Below are positions 18,834 to 28,855 of a stretch of 64,000 nucleotides of DNA, piece by piece. The notes under the pieces were generated by a model that had not been told where the DNA came from, did no database searches, and worked only from the letters and a program-made list of their open reading frames with translations. The stretch's first letter is position 1, and each line of letters begins with the position of its first letter. The DNA is taken from assembly GCA_036769565.1 (NCBI GenBank), contig DAIPKW010000002.1:9727-73726 (forward strand), written 5' to 3'. A program made the translations under genes and the position numbers. Origin of the DNA: Thermodesulfobacteriota bacterium (GTDB taxonomy: Bacteria; Desulfobacterota; BSN033; UBA1163).

Positions 18834-20519
18834 CTATGACCTTGTGAGCTGGCGATACTTGATCCGATGCGGCTGATCTGCCTCCGCTCCAAGGCGACGC
18901 TTCCGGTCTGTTTCATAGTCTGAATAATTCCCTTCGAACCAGACCACCTTGCTCTCACCCTCAAACGCTAAAATATGGGTAGCGATCCGATCGAGAAACC
19001 AGCGGTCATGACTGACTACGACGACCGTGCCACCAAAATTCTCCAGGGCCTGCTCCAGCGCCCGAAGCGTGTTCACATCGAGATCATTCGTCGGTTCGTC
19101 AAGCAGAAGAACGTTCGCTCCCTCTTTGAGCATTCGTGCGAGGTGGACACGGTTACGCTCTCCGCCAGATAACATGCCCACCCTCTTCTGTTGATCCGTA
19201 CCCGAGAAGTTGAACCGGGCGACATAGGCTCGTGAATTGATCTGTCGGTTTCCAAGCTGAATGGTATCCTTCTTCTCTGAAATCACCTCCCAGATCGTCT
19301 GTTCCGGGTCGAGAATATCTCGGCTCTGATCCACATAGGCCATTTTCACCGTCTCCCCAACCCGTATGGTTCCAGAGTCAGGTTCTTCCTGGCCCGTGAT
19401 AAGTCGAAGGAGTGTGGTCTTGCCTGCGCCATTGGGACCGATGATTCCGACGATCCCGCCCGGAGGCACTGAAAAGGTCAGATTCTCCATCAGAATCCTA
19501 TCTCCATAGGTTTTAGTAACATTTCGGCACTCGATCACAACCTCTCCAAGCCGGGGGCCTGGTGGGATGTAGATTTCGAGCTCCTTAGCCAATCTCTCAC
19601 TCTCTTTTCCAAGCAGGGCCTCATAGGAAGCGATTCGTGCTTTTGACTTGGCCCGCCTCCCCTTTGGCGTCATTCGAATCCACTCCAGTTCCCTCTGAAG
19701 CGTCTTCTGACGCTCACTCTCTGTCTTCTCCTCCTGCCTCAAACGATTCTCCTTCTGTTCAAGCCATGAAGAATAGTTCCCTTTCCATGGAATGCCTTCT
19801 CCCCGATCCAGTTCCAGAATCCATCCTGCCACATTGTCCAGAAAGTAGCGATCATGGGTCACCGCAATGACCGTACCAGAATACCGTTTTAAATGCTGCT
19901 CAAGCCAGGCCACGGTCTCGGCATCGAGATGGTTGGTTGGTTCATCCAGAAGTAAAATGTCCGGCCTTCGGAGTAGAAGCCTGCAAAGTGCCACGCGCCT
20001 TCTTTCGCCACCCGAAAGGATTTTCACAGGCATCTCTCCTGGAGGACAGCGAAGCGCATCCATCGCCATCTCAAGGCGTGAATCAAGATCCCAGGCATTG
20101 AGCGCATCCAGTTTCTCCTGCACCTCGCCCTGTCGTTCGATCAGACGGTTCATCTCTTCATCTGAGAGAGGTTCTGAAAACTTCTCGCTGATCCGGTTAA
20201 ATTCATTCAGTAGATCAACCGTCTCCTGGACTCCTTCCTCGACGATTTCGCGCACGGTTTTGGTCTCATCAAGCTTTGGTTCCTGTTCGAGAAAACCGAT
20301 CGTGTAACCCGGCGTCAGGATCGTCTGCCCATTGAACTCTTTATCTTCGCCTGCGATGATTCGAAGTAAAGAACTTTTTCCTGATCCATTCAGGCCAATG
20401 ACACCGATCTTGGCACCGTAAAAATAGGAGAGGGAGATATCTTTCAAGACTGGCTTTTTATCGTAGTACTTGTTCACCCTCATCATAGTGTAAATGATCT
20501 TTTGTGATTCATCCGCCAT
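18834..20519 (-). CDS. ettA: Energy-dependent translational throttle ABC-F protein
   Basis: KDISLSYFYGAKIGVIGLNGSGKS, two ABC cassettes, LELDRG and PWKGNYSSWLEQK. Confidence 0.95.
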   Translation of the reverse strand: MADESQKIIYTMMRVNKYYDKKPVLKDISLSYFYGAKIGVIGLNGSGKSSLLRIIAGEDKEFNGQTILTPGYTIGFLEQEPKLDETKTVREIVEEGVQETVDLLNEFNRISEKFSEPLSDEEMNRLIERQGEVQEKLDALNAWDLDSRLEMAMDALRCPPGEMPVKILSGGERRRVALCRLLLRRPDILLLDEPTNHLDAETVAWLEQHLKRYSGTVIAVTHDRYFLDNVAGWILELDRGEGIPWKGNYSSWLEQKENRLRQEEKTESERQKTLQRELEWIRMTPKGRRAKSKARIASYEALLGKESERLAKELEIYIPPGPRLGEVVIECRNVTKTYGDRILMENLTFSVPPGGIVGIIGPNGAGKTTLLRLITGQEEPDSGTIRVGETVKMAYVDQSRDILDPEQTIWEVISEKKDTIQLGNRQINSRAYVARFNFSGTDQQKRVGMLSGGERNRVHLARMLKEGANVLLLDEPTNDLDVNTLRALEQALENFGGTVVVVSHDRWFLDRIATHILAFEGESKVVWFEGNYSDYETDRKRRLGAEADQPHRIKYRQLTRS

Positions 20520-20582
20520 CTTGAGTGATACCTCCTGCTTTTATCAGTAATCCTTTAGAGGGATGAAAACTGTTATTTGGTC

Positions 20583-20745
20583 AAGGCTAAGGTAAGGGTG
20601 AGGATGCCGGTTTGGGCAAAGTAAATGGGTAAGGGAAATTGTTTCCGCCCGGGGTGGATCCGCCTATGGCGGAAAGACCAACCACCCAATCCATTATAAC
20701 TAAACTGGCCTCTTTACCTTCACCTTTTGACCTTCGGCTTCACTT
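20583..20745. repeat. Intergenic palindromic repeat, family A (copy 2), with an internal TCCGCC-TAT-GGCGGA hairpin
   Basis: GCCGGTTTGGGCAAAGTAAATGGG ... TAAACTGGCC-TCTTTACCTTCACC; lies between ettA and the nitroreductase gene. Confidence 0.75.
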
Positions 20746-20755
20746 TTTAAAATAA

Positions 20756-21637
20756 CTATCGCCACCTCACCTTAGGGGGTTGGCGTTGAACAAGGTTCGG
20801 ATATTTGACGTCTGGGTAGCCAAGCCCCATCGCTGAGTAGCACCGATGATCTGCTGGAATACCCAGCCAGCGTTTGATCTTTGGTCCATGGTTTACTGCA
20901 TTGACCAGAAACCCATTAAAACAGCACCCAAATCCTAAACTATGTGCCATTAAAGAACAGTGATACAGAGCCACCGAACAATTAAAGGCTGAAGAGCTGT
21001 CCCAGGATTCGGCATGGGTGATCATCACAACCGGCGCATGATAGAAGAGGCGATCCTCTCCCCGATTAAAAGCCTCACGGGCAACCCTCATTTTCGGAAG
21101 AGAATCCTTCAAATATTCGACCGTCTTCTTTCCTGCAACCAGAGAAAGTAAAAAACGGCTAAACCCTCCCTCCACTCTTGAAAAGAGCTTCTCATAAAAT
21201 CGGATGGTCATCTGTCTTAAAGTTTCAATCTGATCTGGTGATCTCAGCACAATATAATGGACATTCTGGCTGTTTGTACCTGTTGGTCCATATCTTCCAG
21301 CATCAAGGATTTTTTTCAAAGTCTGCTCCGGAACCGGCTCAGAGGTGTATCTTCGCACCGAACGCCTCTCGCGTAAGAGAAGCTCCAACTCCTCCGGTGA
21401 AACAGCCGGAGTTTCCCCTCCCTTAGGATGTTTTTCCTGGAGCATCCCTTGATAGAGTATGGCTTCGCTTGGACAGACAGCAGCGCAATGACCACAACCA
21501 ATGCACCATGCTCCTCGAACAACCTTGGCCATCTCCTCAGCCATCTCAAGCACGAAGCTCGGGCAAACCGCCACACACCGTTTACAGCCAATACATTTCT
21601 TTTCGATCACTTCTGGAGGGTTCGCTTCCCGTTTCAT
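20756..21637 (-). CDS. Nitroreductase family protein with an N-terminal 2x[4Fe-4S] ferredoxin domain
   Basis: CIGCKRCVAVCP, CIGCGHCAAVCP, RRSVRRY and PTGTNSQ. Confidence 0.9.
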   Translation of the reverse strand: MKREANPPEVIEKKCIGCKRCVAVCPSFVLEMAEEMAKVVRGAWCIGCGHCAAVCPSEAILYQGMLQEKHPKGGETPAVSPEELELLLRERRSVRRYTSEPVPEQTLKKILDAGRYGPTGTNSQNVHYIVLRSPDQIETLRQMTIRFYEKLFSRVEGGFSRFLLSLVAGKKTVEYLKDSLPKMRVAREAFNRGEDRLFYHAPVVMITHAESWDSSSAFNCSVALYHCSLMAHSLGFGCCFNGFLVNAVNHGPKIKRWLGIPADHRCYSAMGLGYPDVKYPNLVQRQPPKVRWR

Positions 21638-21705
21638 CAATGAGTACTCCTTCACCTCTTAAGAAATTTGGTCAATGAAAATATAACCAATCGATTGTTG
21701 TATGG

Positions 21706-21749
21706 ATCCCCACGAGCGAAGCCCTTGGTCTTCTGCGAAGGTGGATAAA
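21706..21749. repeat. Short hairpin element resembling IS200/IS605-associated repeats
   Basis: ATCCCCACGAGCGAAGCCCTTGGTCTTCTGCGAAGGTGGATAAA, with imperfect CCACG...C(T)TGG pairing. No transposase nearby. Confidence 0.4.
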
Positions 21750-21750
21750 G

Positions 21751-24015
21751 TTATGGCCTTCTGTTTCTGAAGGCCTCGGCAAATGGATTATTGGTGAACG
21801 TATTCTTCTGCTTTGGCCGGATCTCCTGTCTCTTCTCTTCCTTCCTTTTCTCCTTCCCTTTTGAAGCCCCATCGGAAACAGGCTGACTACCCTTCATGGA
21901 AAGGGAAATCCGTCTCCTCTCGAGGTCCACTTCCAATACCGTCACCCATACCTTTTGATGAACCTTCACGACCTCTGCTGGATTTTTTATAAACCGGTTC
22001 GAAAGTTCACTGATATGCACCAGCCCATCTTGATGAACGCCAATGTCAACGAAGACGCCAAAGGCCGTAATATTTGTCACAATTCCTGGAAGCTTCATTC
22101 CAGGCCTGACATCCTCGATTTTTTCAACCCCATCGGCAAAATGGAAGGTTTCGAACTGCTCACGAGGATCGCGGCCAGGCTTGGCGAGCTCCGACAGAAT
22201 ATCGCTCAGCGTGGGAAGCCCCACCTTATCGGAGACGTACTGTTTCAGATCGATTCTCTCCCGAAGCTTCTCCTCACGCATCAGATCCAGAACTGTGCAG
22301 CCCAGATCCCTGGCCATGGCATCCACAATGGGATAGCTCTCTGGATGGACAGCGCTTCGATCGAGCGGGTTTTCTCCGTCCCGGATACGTAAAAATCCAG
22401 CCGCCTGTTCAAAGGCCTTAGGTCCCAAGCGAGGGACCTGTTTCAATGCTTCCCTCGATCGAAATGGTCCATGCTGGTTCCGGTACTCCACAATCCCTCT
22501 GGCAAGCTGAGGTCCTAAGCCCGAAACATAGCTCAGAAGCTGTTTGCTTGCCGTATTGACCTCAACACCCACATGGTTCACACAGCTTATCACGATGTCG
22601 TCGAGACTGTTTTTTAACGCACCCTGATCCACATCGTGTTGATATTGGCCAACGCCGATTGACTTTGGATCAATCTTAACCAGTTCTGCCAACGGGTCCA
22701 TCAGCCTTCGTCCAATGGAAACAGCTCCGCGCACGGTTACATCCTGATCAGGGAATTCCTCCCTGGCTGCTTCAGAAGCTGAATAAACGGAGGCTCCACT
22801 CTCGTTGACCATCACTAATTGTATCTCCTTAGAGAGATTAAGGCTCCTGATAAAGGCCTCTGTCTCCCTTCCACCTGTCCCATTCCCAACGGCAATGGCC
22901 TCTATGCTAAAACGTTCACATATCTCTCGGATCTTTGAACCGGCCTCTATGGCAGCCGATTCAGACTGGAGGGGATAGATGATTTCGTGATGCAGAAGTT
23001 TGCCCTGGCGATCGAGGCAGACCACTTTACACCCGGTCCGAAAACCAGGATCGATGGCAAGCACATTCTTCTGGCCAAGGGGCGGAGCAAGAAGTAGTTG
23101 TCGGAGGTTTTCCGCAAAGACCTTGATGGCCTCCTCATCTGCCCGCTTCTTAGTTGCCAGCCGTATCTCTGTCTCCATCGAAGAAGAAAGAAGTCTTTTA
23201 TAACTGTCATGCACAGCCATCTTAACCTGTTCTGATGGAGGTCCTTCCCCTTTGACAAAAAGGGTTTCGAGAATGCTTAAGGCTTCCTCTTCGGGAGGTA
23301 AAACCCTTAAGGTAAGAAACCCCTCCTTGTCTCCTCGCCTCATGGCAAGAACCCTATGAGAGGGCGCAGTGCTAACCGGTTCTTCCCAGTCGAAATAATC
23401 TTTATACTTAATCCCTTCAGCCATTTTCTCAGGAATCACCTTTGATTTAAAAACGGCCTTCAAAAAATAGAAATCGCGCATCCTGGCACGGGCAGTCTGA
23501 TCTTCATTGACCCACTCTGCAATGATGTCTCGTGCTCCTGCAAGAGCGTCATCGGCAGATTCAACCCTCTTCTCAGGATCAACGAAAGCCAATGCTTCAG
23601 CCATCGGATCCATCTCCTCCTGTTCAAAAAGGCGCTGGGCTAAGGGTTCGAGTCCCTTTTCTCTGGCAACGGTTGCCCGGGTCCTCCGTTTCGGCCGGTA
23701 AGGCAGATAGAGATCTTCGAGGACAACCATGGTCTCAGCCGCAAGGATCTTCTCCTTTAACCCATCCGGGAGCTGTCCCCGCTCCTCAAGAGATTTAAGA
23801 ATCGCTTCTCGACGCTTATCTAATTCAGCAAGTTGATTCAGCCGATCTCGAATCGCTGTGATGGCAACCTCATCCAGAGAACCGGTGGCCTCTTTTCGGT
23901 ATCGGGCAATAAAGGGAATGGTTGCCCCCTCATCCAAAAGTTCAGCGGTAGCCTGGACCTGTTGTGGGGTGAGACGGAGTTCCTGCGCAATCTTCTGAAC
24001 ATGTATCTGGCTCAT
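21751..24015 (-). CDS. tex: Tex family RNA-binding transcriptional accessory protein
   Basis: TIPFIARYRKEATGSLDE, DPGFRTGCK, VNESGASVYSAS, DPKSIGVGQYQHD and a C-terminal S1 domain. Confidence 0.96.
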   Translation of the reverse strand: MSQIHVQKIAQELRLTPQQVQATAELLDEGATIPFIARYRKEATGSLDEVAITAIRDRLNQLAELDKRREAILKSLEERGQLPDGLKEKILAAETMVVLEDLYLPYRPKRRTRATVAREKGLEPLAQRLFEQEEMDPMAEALAFVDPEKRVESADDALAGARDIIAEWVNEDQTARARMRDFYFLKAVFKSKVIPEKMAEGIKYKDYFDWEEPVSTAPSHRVLAMRRGDKEGFLTLRVLPPEEEALSILETLFVKGEGPPSEQVKMAVHDSYKRLLSSSMETEIRLATKKRADEEAIKVFAENLRQLLLAPPLGQKNVLAIDPGFRTGCKVVCLDRQGKLLHHEIIYPLQSESAAIEAGSKIREICERFSIEAIAVGNGTGGRETEAFIRSLNLSKEIQLVMVNESGASVYSASEAAREEFPDQDVTVRGAVSIGRRLMDPLAELVKIDPKSIGVGQYQHDVDQGALKNSLDDIVISCVNHVGVEVNTASKQLLSYVSGLGPQLARGIVEYRNQHGPFRSREALKQVPRLGPKAFEQAAGFLRIRDGENPLDRSAVHPESYPIVDAMARDLGCTVLDLMREEKLRERIDLKQYVSDKVGLPTLSDILSELAKPGRDPREQFETFHFADGVEKIEDVRPGMKLPGIVTNITAFGVFVDIGVHQDGLVHISELSNRFIKNPAEVVKVHQKVWVTVLEVDLERRRISLSMKGSQPVSDGASKGKEKRKEEKRQEIRPKQKNTFTNNPFAEAFRNRRP

Positions 24016-24168
24016 AGCATATCCTTCAAAAGAAGTTAAATGAATCCCTTTTTCACAATGAACGAAAGGAATCGTAACAGAGTCTTGACCGAGGTTCAAT
24101 GATGAGGGTGAGAAGTTATCCATTCTGTAAGTGTTCGAGACGAAAGCGGTCAGACACGTGGGGCTTAA

Positions 24169-25443
24169 TCAACTCCTTGGGTATCGATGATGCCTTCTTT
24201 CCATGATTCCTAAGCCGCACAAAACAGCCACTGCCGCCGCCCCAGCCAGGAGGAGGAAGGCCAGCTGGTAGCTTCCGGTCTCATCAAAGATGACTCCACC
24301 GATGTAGGCCCAGAATCCTCCACCCAAGAAATGGATGGTGTTCACAAAACCGGTAAGAACGCCGATGGATCTCACTCCATAAAGTTTCCCAATCAGCATG
24401 GGAGTCAGTGGGGCAGTGATCAGATGGGTGAAGCCGAAGAGCCAGGCAAATAGGTAAAGGGAAGGGAGTGTCTTAAACTGAAGCACCAGCAGGTAGAGAA
24501 AGAAACAGAGTACGAATGTCAGGACAATAGGGATCTTATTGCCTATCCGGTCAGCCACAGGCCCTGCCACCAGAACCCCTGCCAAGCTCATCAACCCATA
24601 CCAGCCCAACATATTTCCTGCTGTCTGCGGCGAGACACCATAATCCGTTGCCAGGGGGATCAGGTGGGTGGTGGCAAAATAATCGCCTCCTCCGCAGATG
24701 AACATGATCACCACAAAGAGCCAGTAGGAGCGGGTCTTCATCGTCTGCTTCAAACCGAAATCCTCCTCGGTCACTAGAAAGAAAGGGTTCCCTTTTGTCT
24801 CCGTTTTTCCGATCTTCTCACCTTCCTGTCCCAAAGGTTTCAGCCCAAGGTGATGGGGATCTCCCCTGATCACAAAGAAAGCGATTAAAATATTGACGAT
24901 CAGGATGACGATGCCAATGGAGAGGTACAATGCCCTCCATCCGTAACTCAAAGTAAAGAGGCTGAAGAGCGGTACAAGCGCAAAATGGCCGAACGAATTT
25001 CCAGATAGGGCCAGGCTGATGGCCAGGCCGCGCTTTTTTTCAAACCACTTGCTCGTGACTGTGGCAATAAAGGGAACCGCTGTGCCCGCTATACCGATGG
25101 CGGCTAACACTCCGTAAGAGAGGAAGAACTGGCTGATGGATTGGATGGTTGATGTCAATGCAAATCCGGCCGATATAAAGAGGGACGAGGCGATGATCAC
25201 CCATTTGGGACCATAACGATCATAGAGTCTTCCAGTAAGGATGAGGGCGAAGGCAAAAACAACCATGTTCACGAAGAAGACAAGGGAGACCGCCCCCCGG
25301 CTCCATCCAAATTCTTCGAGCATGGGTTTGAACATGACCCCGAAAGCATACCGGGCGCCGGCGTTGAAAAAGAGAATGATGAATGAAGCAACAACAATAT
25401 ACCACCCATAGAATAGACGATCGTTTTCTAAGAACCTCTTCAT
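24169..25443 (-). CDS. MFS transporter (OFA/MCT-like)
   Basis: About 12 hydrophobic segments; YGWYIV start, GRLYDRYGPK and WFEKKRGLAISL. Confidence 0.88.
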   Translation of the reverse strand: MKRFLENDRLFYGWYIVVASFIILFFNAGARYAFGVMFKPMLEEFGWSRGAVSLVFFVNMVVFAFALILTGRLYDRYGPKWVIIASSLFISAGFALTSTIQSISQFFLSYGVLAAIGIAGTAVPFIATVTSKWFEKKRGLAISLALSGNSFGHFALVPLFSLFTLSYGWRALYLSIGIVILIVNILIAFFVIRGDPHHLGLKPLGQEGEKIGKTETKGNPFFLVTEEDFGLKQTMKTRSYWLFVVIMFICGGGDYFATTHLIPLATDYGVSPQTAGNMLGWYGLMSLAGVLVAGPVADRIGNKIPIVLTFVLCFFLYLLVLQFKTLPSLYLFAWLFGFTHLITAPLTPMLIGKLYGVRSIGVLTGFVNTIHFLGGGFWAYIGGVIFDETGSYQLAFLLLAGAAAVAVLCGLGIMERRHHRYPRS

Positions 25444-25646
25444 CCTTTCAACCTTCCCTCCGCATTAGAGAACTCATCCGAAAACAACACCAATCTACCT
25501 CTTCTTCCCGGTTTTCAATATTCATCAATATTGGGTAAGGAAGGATAATACCTTGGAGAAGGATTCGCAAGATAGACTCGGATAGGACCAAGAACCTTTC
25601 CCCAGGTTAATAGGCAGTTCAAAACGAAAAGAGGGGCTGGAATTTT

Positions 25647-28592
25647 CTAAATCGTTGAAGCCTGTCTTTCTGAAATCTTCTCCTGTTTGAGACGGGTCTT
25701 GAGCCAGACCTGTAGCCGCTCTTCAAGTGGACCCACCCATTTCTCAATGGAGGCGATATCTCCCTCCACCAGGGCTTTCCGGTGTTCGGGGGTGAGGTCA
25801 TAGGAGGCCAGCACCCCTGCGGGATTTTCTGCCAGGGCAGTGAGGAACTTATTATCCTCTGCTGCCCTTTCGAGCACGGTCAGAATCGCTTTGATCGAAG
25901 AGACTTTGAATTCGGGAATCTTGGCCTGGGGATCGAAGGCTGGATTGGTGAGCCGGTTTGCTGGAGCCTCTCTCCAATGAAAAGCCATGAAGGCCAGGCC
26001 TGGCCTGACCCGATCGGTCTTTTTGGCCTTGGTCTGAACCGCTCCCCTTCTAGAGCTGAGAGAGACCAAATCACCTTCTACGATTCCAAGTCGGCTTGCA
26101 TCTTCAGGGTGGATCTCAACCTGGCTTTCCGGCACCAGTGTTTCAAGAACATGGGATCGGTGGCTCATGCTTCCAGTGTGCCAATGTTCAAGAATCCTCC
26201 CTGTGGTCAACAGCAGTGGATAAGCCGATGTTGGAAGTTCAGCAGGTGGCCGATCATGGACCATATGGAATCTGCCTCGACCTCGCGTGAATTGACCTCT
26301 ATGCAGAATAGGGGTTCCGGGATGTCTTTTGTCCCAGCAGGGCCATTGGAGTCCACTCCGATTGAGACGATCATGCTTGATCCCCCCATATATCGGAGTA
26401 AGCCGCGAGACCTCATCCATGATCTCTGCACTCGAACGGTAGTCCATGGGATATCCCAACCGCTTGGAGATCTCGGCAATGATCTCCCAGTCGAGCTTCG
26501 CCTCACCCGGTGGATCAAGTGCTTTTCGAACGCGCTGGACACGACGTTCGGTATTGGTGAAGGTTCCATCTTTCTCTGCAAAACTGGCTGCTGGCAGAAT
26601 CACATCCGCAAGCTGGGCCGTCTCTGTGAAAAAGATGTCCTGCACGACGAGAAACTCAAGCCTGCTCAACGCCTCTCTGGCATGGTCTAAATCGGGCTCG
26701 CTCAGCATGGGATTTTCTCCCATCACATAGAGCGCTTTCAGCTTCCCATCGTAAGAGGCTTGTATCATCTCTGTGATCGTAAGTCCGGGCTTTTCGCTCA
26801 ACCTCCTTCCCCAGGCTTTCTCAAATTTCTCTCTGACTTGAGGATTGTCCACCCGCTGATATCCCGGGAAAAATACAGGTAAGGCACCCATGTCGCAGGC
26901 ACCCTGAACATTGTTCTGTCCTCGAAGGGGTGAAAAACCCGTTCCCTTTCTGCCCAAATTTCCGGTGAGCATGAGAAGGTTTGCAATCGTCTTCACATTA
27001 TCTGTTCCGGTCGTATGCTGTGTAATCCCCATGCCGTAAAGGACGATGGCCTTTTTCGCCCTTCCGAAAAGGAGTGCCGCTTGTCTGATCTTCCCTTTGG
27101 CAACTCCTGTTAGCGTTTCGACCGTTTTAAGATCATAGGGTTTCAGCGATTCGACAAAAGGCTCAAACTCTTCGCATCGCTCCGCAATAAACCTTTGATC
27201 ATAGAGGTTCTCTGCAAGGATCTCGTGCATCATTCCGTTAAGAAGCGCCACATCCGTTCCGGGCAGATGGTCGAGATGGACCTCTGCGATATCGCAAAGC
27301 TCAATTCGCCGTGGGTCTGCCACGATAAGCTTGGCTCCTCGATGTTTGACCGCCCGTCTGATCTTCCTTCCAATGATGGGATGGCATTCCGTTGTATTTG
27401 AACCGATGACGAAAAATAGTTCGGCGTAATCAATATCCGAGATGGAATTGCTCATAGCTCCATCGCCAAAGGCGGCCAGAGCAGCTGCCACGGTAGAGGC
27501 ATGGCAGAGACGGGCGCAATGATCCACATTGTTCGTGCCAATAACCGCTCTTGCAAATTTCTGAAAGACGTAATTCTCCTCATTGGTGCACTTGGCTGAG
27601 CTGAGAAGTCCGATGGAATCCGGTCCTGTTTGACGGAGGGTTTGAGAGATGGATTTTGCCATACGCTCCAGCGCTTCGTTCCAGCTCACTTCACGAAAGA
27701 CCTTCTCAACATCAACCCCGCTCACATCTTTGGAAACCCCTTCTCTCCGTATTAAGGGCCGGGTCAGCCGATCTTTATGATGAACAAAGTCAAGGCCATA
27801 ACGTCCTTTCACGCAGAGTTCTCCCCTGTTCACAGGGCTCCTCTCGTCGCCTCTCACCCTGACGATTCTGCCAGCTCGAACTCCCAGATGGATGGAACAA
27901 CCCACCCCACAGTAGGGGCAGATCGTTTCGATCTCTCTTTCAGGTACGAGAAGGTGCTTGGGCACCAGGGCTCCGGTCGGACAATGCTCCACGCATTCGC
28001 CGCAACTCTGGCAGATGGATTGAGCGAGGGGTTTATTGCCAAAGGGGCGAATCATCGTCTCAAAACCCCGCTGGCAGAAATCGATGGCTCCAACGCCAAC
28101 GATCTCATCGCACCTTCGTACACATTTTCCACAGAGGATGCACTTGTCCGGCTCAAAATCAAAGGCAGGGTTGGATCGATCCGGTGGTCTTTTCCGTGCT
28201 GTTCTCCTGAGCCGCTCAATCGATCTCTGATCCACACCCACATATCGGGCCACCTTAAGAAGTTCGCACTCTTCGCTCTTATTGCAGAGGAGGCATTCAT
28301 ACGGATGATTGGCAATCATCAGCTCCACCATCGTCCGCCTCATCCTATTGATCTCCTCAGTCTCTGTCTTAACCACCATGCCCTCCTGGGCTGGCGTGGT
28401 GCAGGAGGTGGGCAGCCCCCGCATTCCTTTGATCTCAACGATGCATAAACGGCAAGCCCCAAAGGGCAAAAGAGCAGGGTCGTAACAGAGCGTGGGCACG
28501 TAACGGCCTGTCTTTCGAATTGCCTCAAGAACGGTTGAGCCTTCTGCAACAACCACTTCTTGACCATCAATGGTGAGCTTAATCTTCTTCAT
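25647..28592 (-). CDS. fdhF: Cysteine-type formate dehydrogenase alpha subunit with a ~79-aa C-terminal helical extension
   Basis: DHCARLCHASTV (Cys ligand), N-terminal Fe-S motifs, CPYCGVGC, LRGQNNVQGACDMG. The normal end PEFKVSSIK is followed by an extra domain. Confidence 0.93.
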   Translation of the reverse strand: MKKIKLTIDGQEVVVAEGSTVLEAIRKTGRYVPTLCYDPALLPFGACRLCIVEIKGMRGLPTSCTTPAQEGMVVKTETEEINRMRRTMVELMIANHPYECLLCNKSEECELLKVARYVGVDQRSIERLRRTARKRPPDRSNPAFDFEPDKCILCGKCVRRCDEIVGVGAIDFCQRGFETMIRPFGNKPLAQSICQSCGECVEHCPTGALVPKHLLVPEREIETICPYCGVGCSIHLGVRAGRIVRVRGDERSPVNRGELCVKGRYGLDFVHHKDRLTRPLIRREGVSKDVSGVDVEKVFREVSWNEALERMAKSISQTLRQTGPDSIGLLSSAKCTNEENYVFQKFARAVIGTNNVDHCARLCHASTVAAALAAFGDGAMSNSISDIDYAELFFVIGSNTTECHPIIGRKIRRAVKHRGAKLIVADPRRIELCDIAEVHLDHLPGTDVALLNGMMHEILAENLYDQRFIAERCEEFEPFVESLKPYDLKTVETLTGVAKGKIRQAALLFGRAKKAIVLYGMGITQHTTGTDNVKTIANLLMLTGNLGRKGTGFSPLRGQNNVQGACDMGALPVFFPGYQRVDNPQVREKFEKAWGRRLSEKPGLTITEMIQASYDGKLKALYVMGENPMLSEPDLDHAREALSRLEFLVVQDIFFTETAQLADVILPAASFAEKDGTFTNTERRVQRVRKALDPPGEAKLDWEIIAEISKRLGYPMDYRSSAEIMDEVSRLTPIYGGIKHDRLNRSGLQWPCWDKRHPGTPILHRGQFTRGRGRFHMVHDRPPAELPTSAYPLLLTTGRILEHWHTGSMSHRSHVLETLVPESQVEIHPEDASRLGIVEGDLVSLSSRRGAVQTKAKKTDRVRPGLAFMAFHWREAPANRLTNPAFDPQAKIPEFKVSSIKAILTVLERAAEDNKFLTALAENPAGVLASYDLTPEHRKALVEGDIASIEKWVGPLEERLQVWLKTRLKQEKISERQASTI

Positions 28593-28855
28593 CGGTTTCC
28601 TCTCTTCCTAGCCTTAGAGACTGTGTCTTAATGTGTCTTAATCAGAAGAGACTATTTTCTCAAAAAGGGGAGAAGTGGTCAGGTGAAAGAGATTTAGAGC
28701 GGTTACCTTTAACCGTTCGGATTCAGGCTTTCCGAACATATTAAAACATTCGATTTGATACAAGCTCCGATTCCCTATCATCTAAAACACCCGCATTCTA
28801 AATCTTTGGGACCTGACTCGCTCTCCCCTTTAGCCTATGATGATGAAACAGTTTC

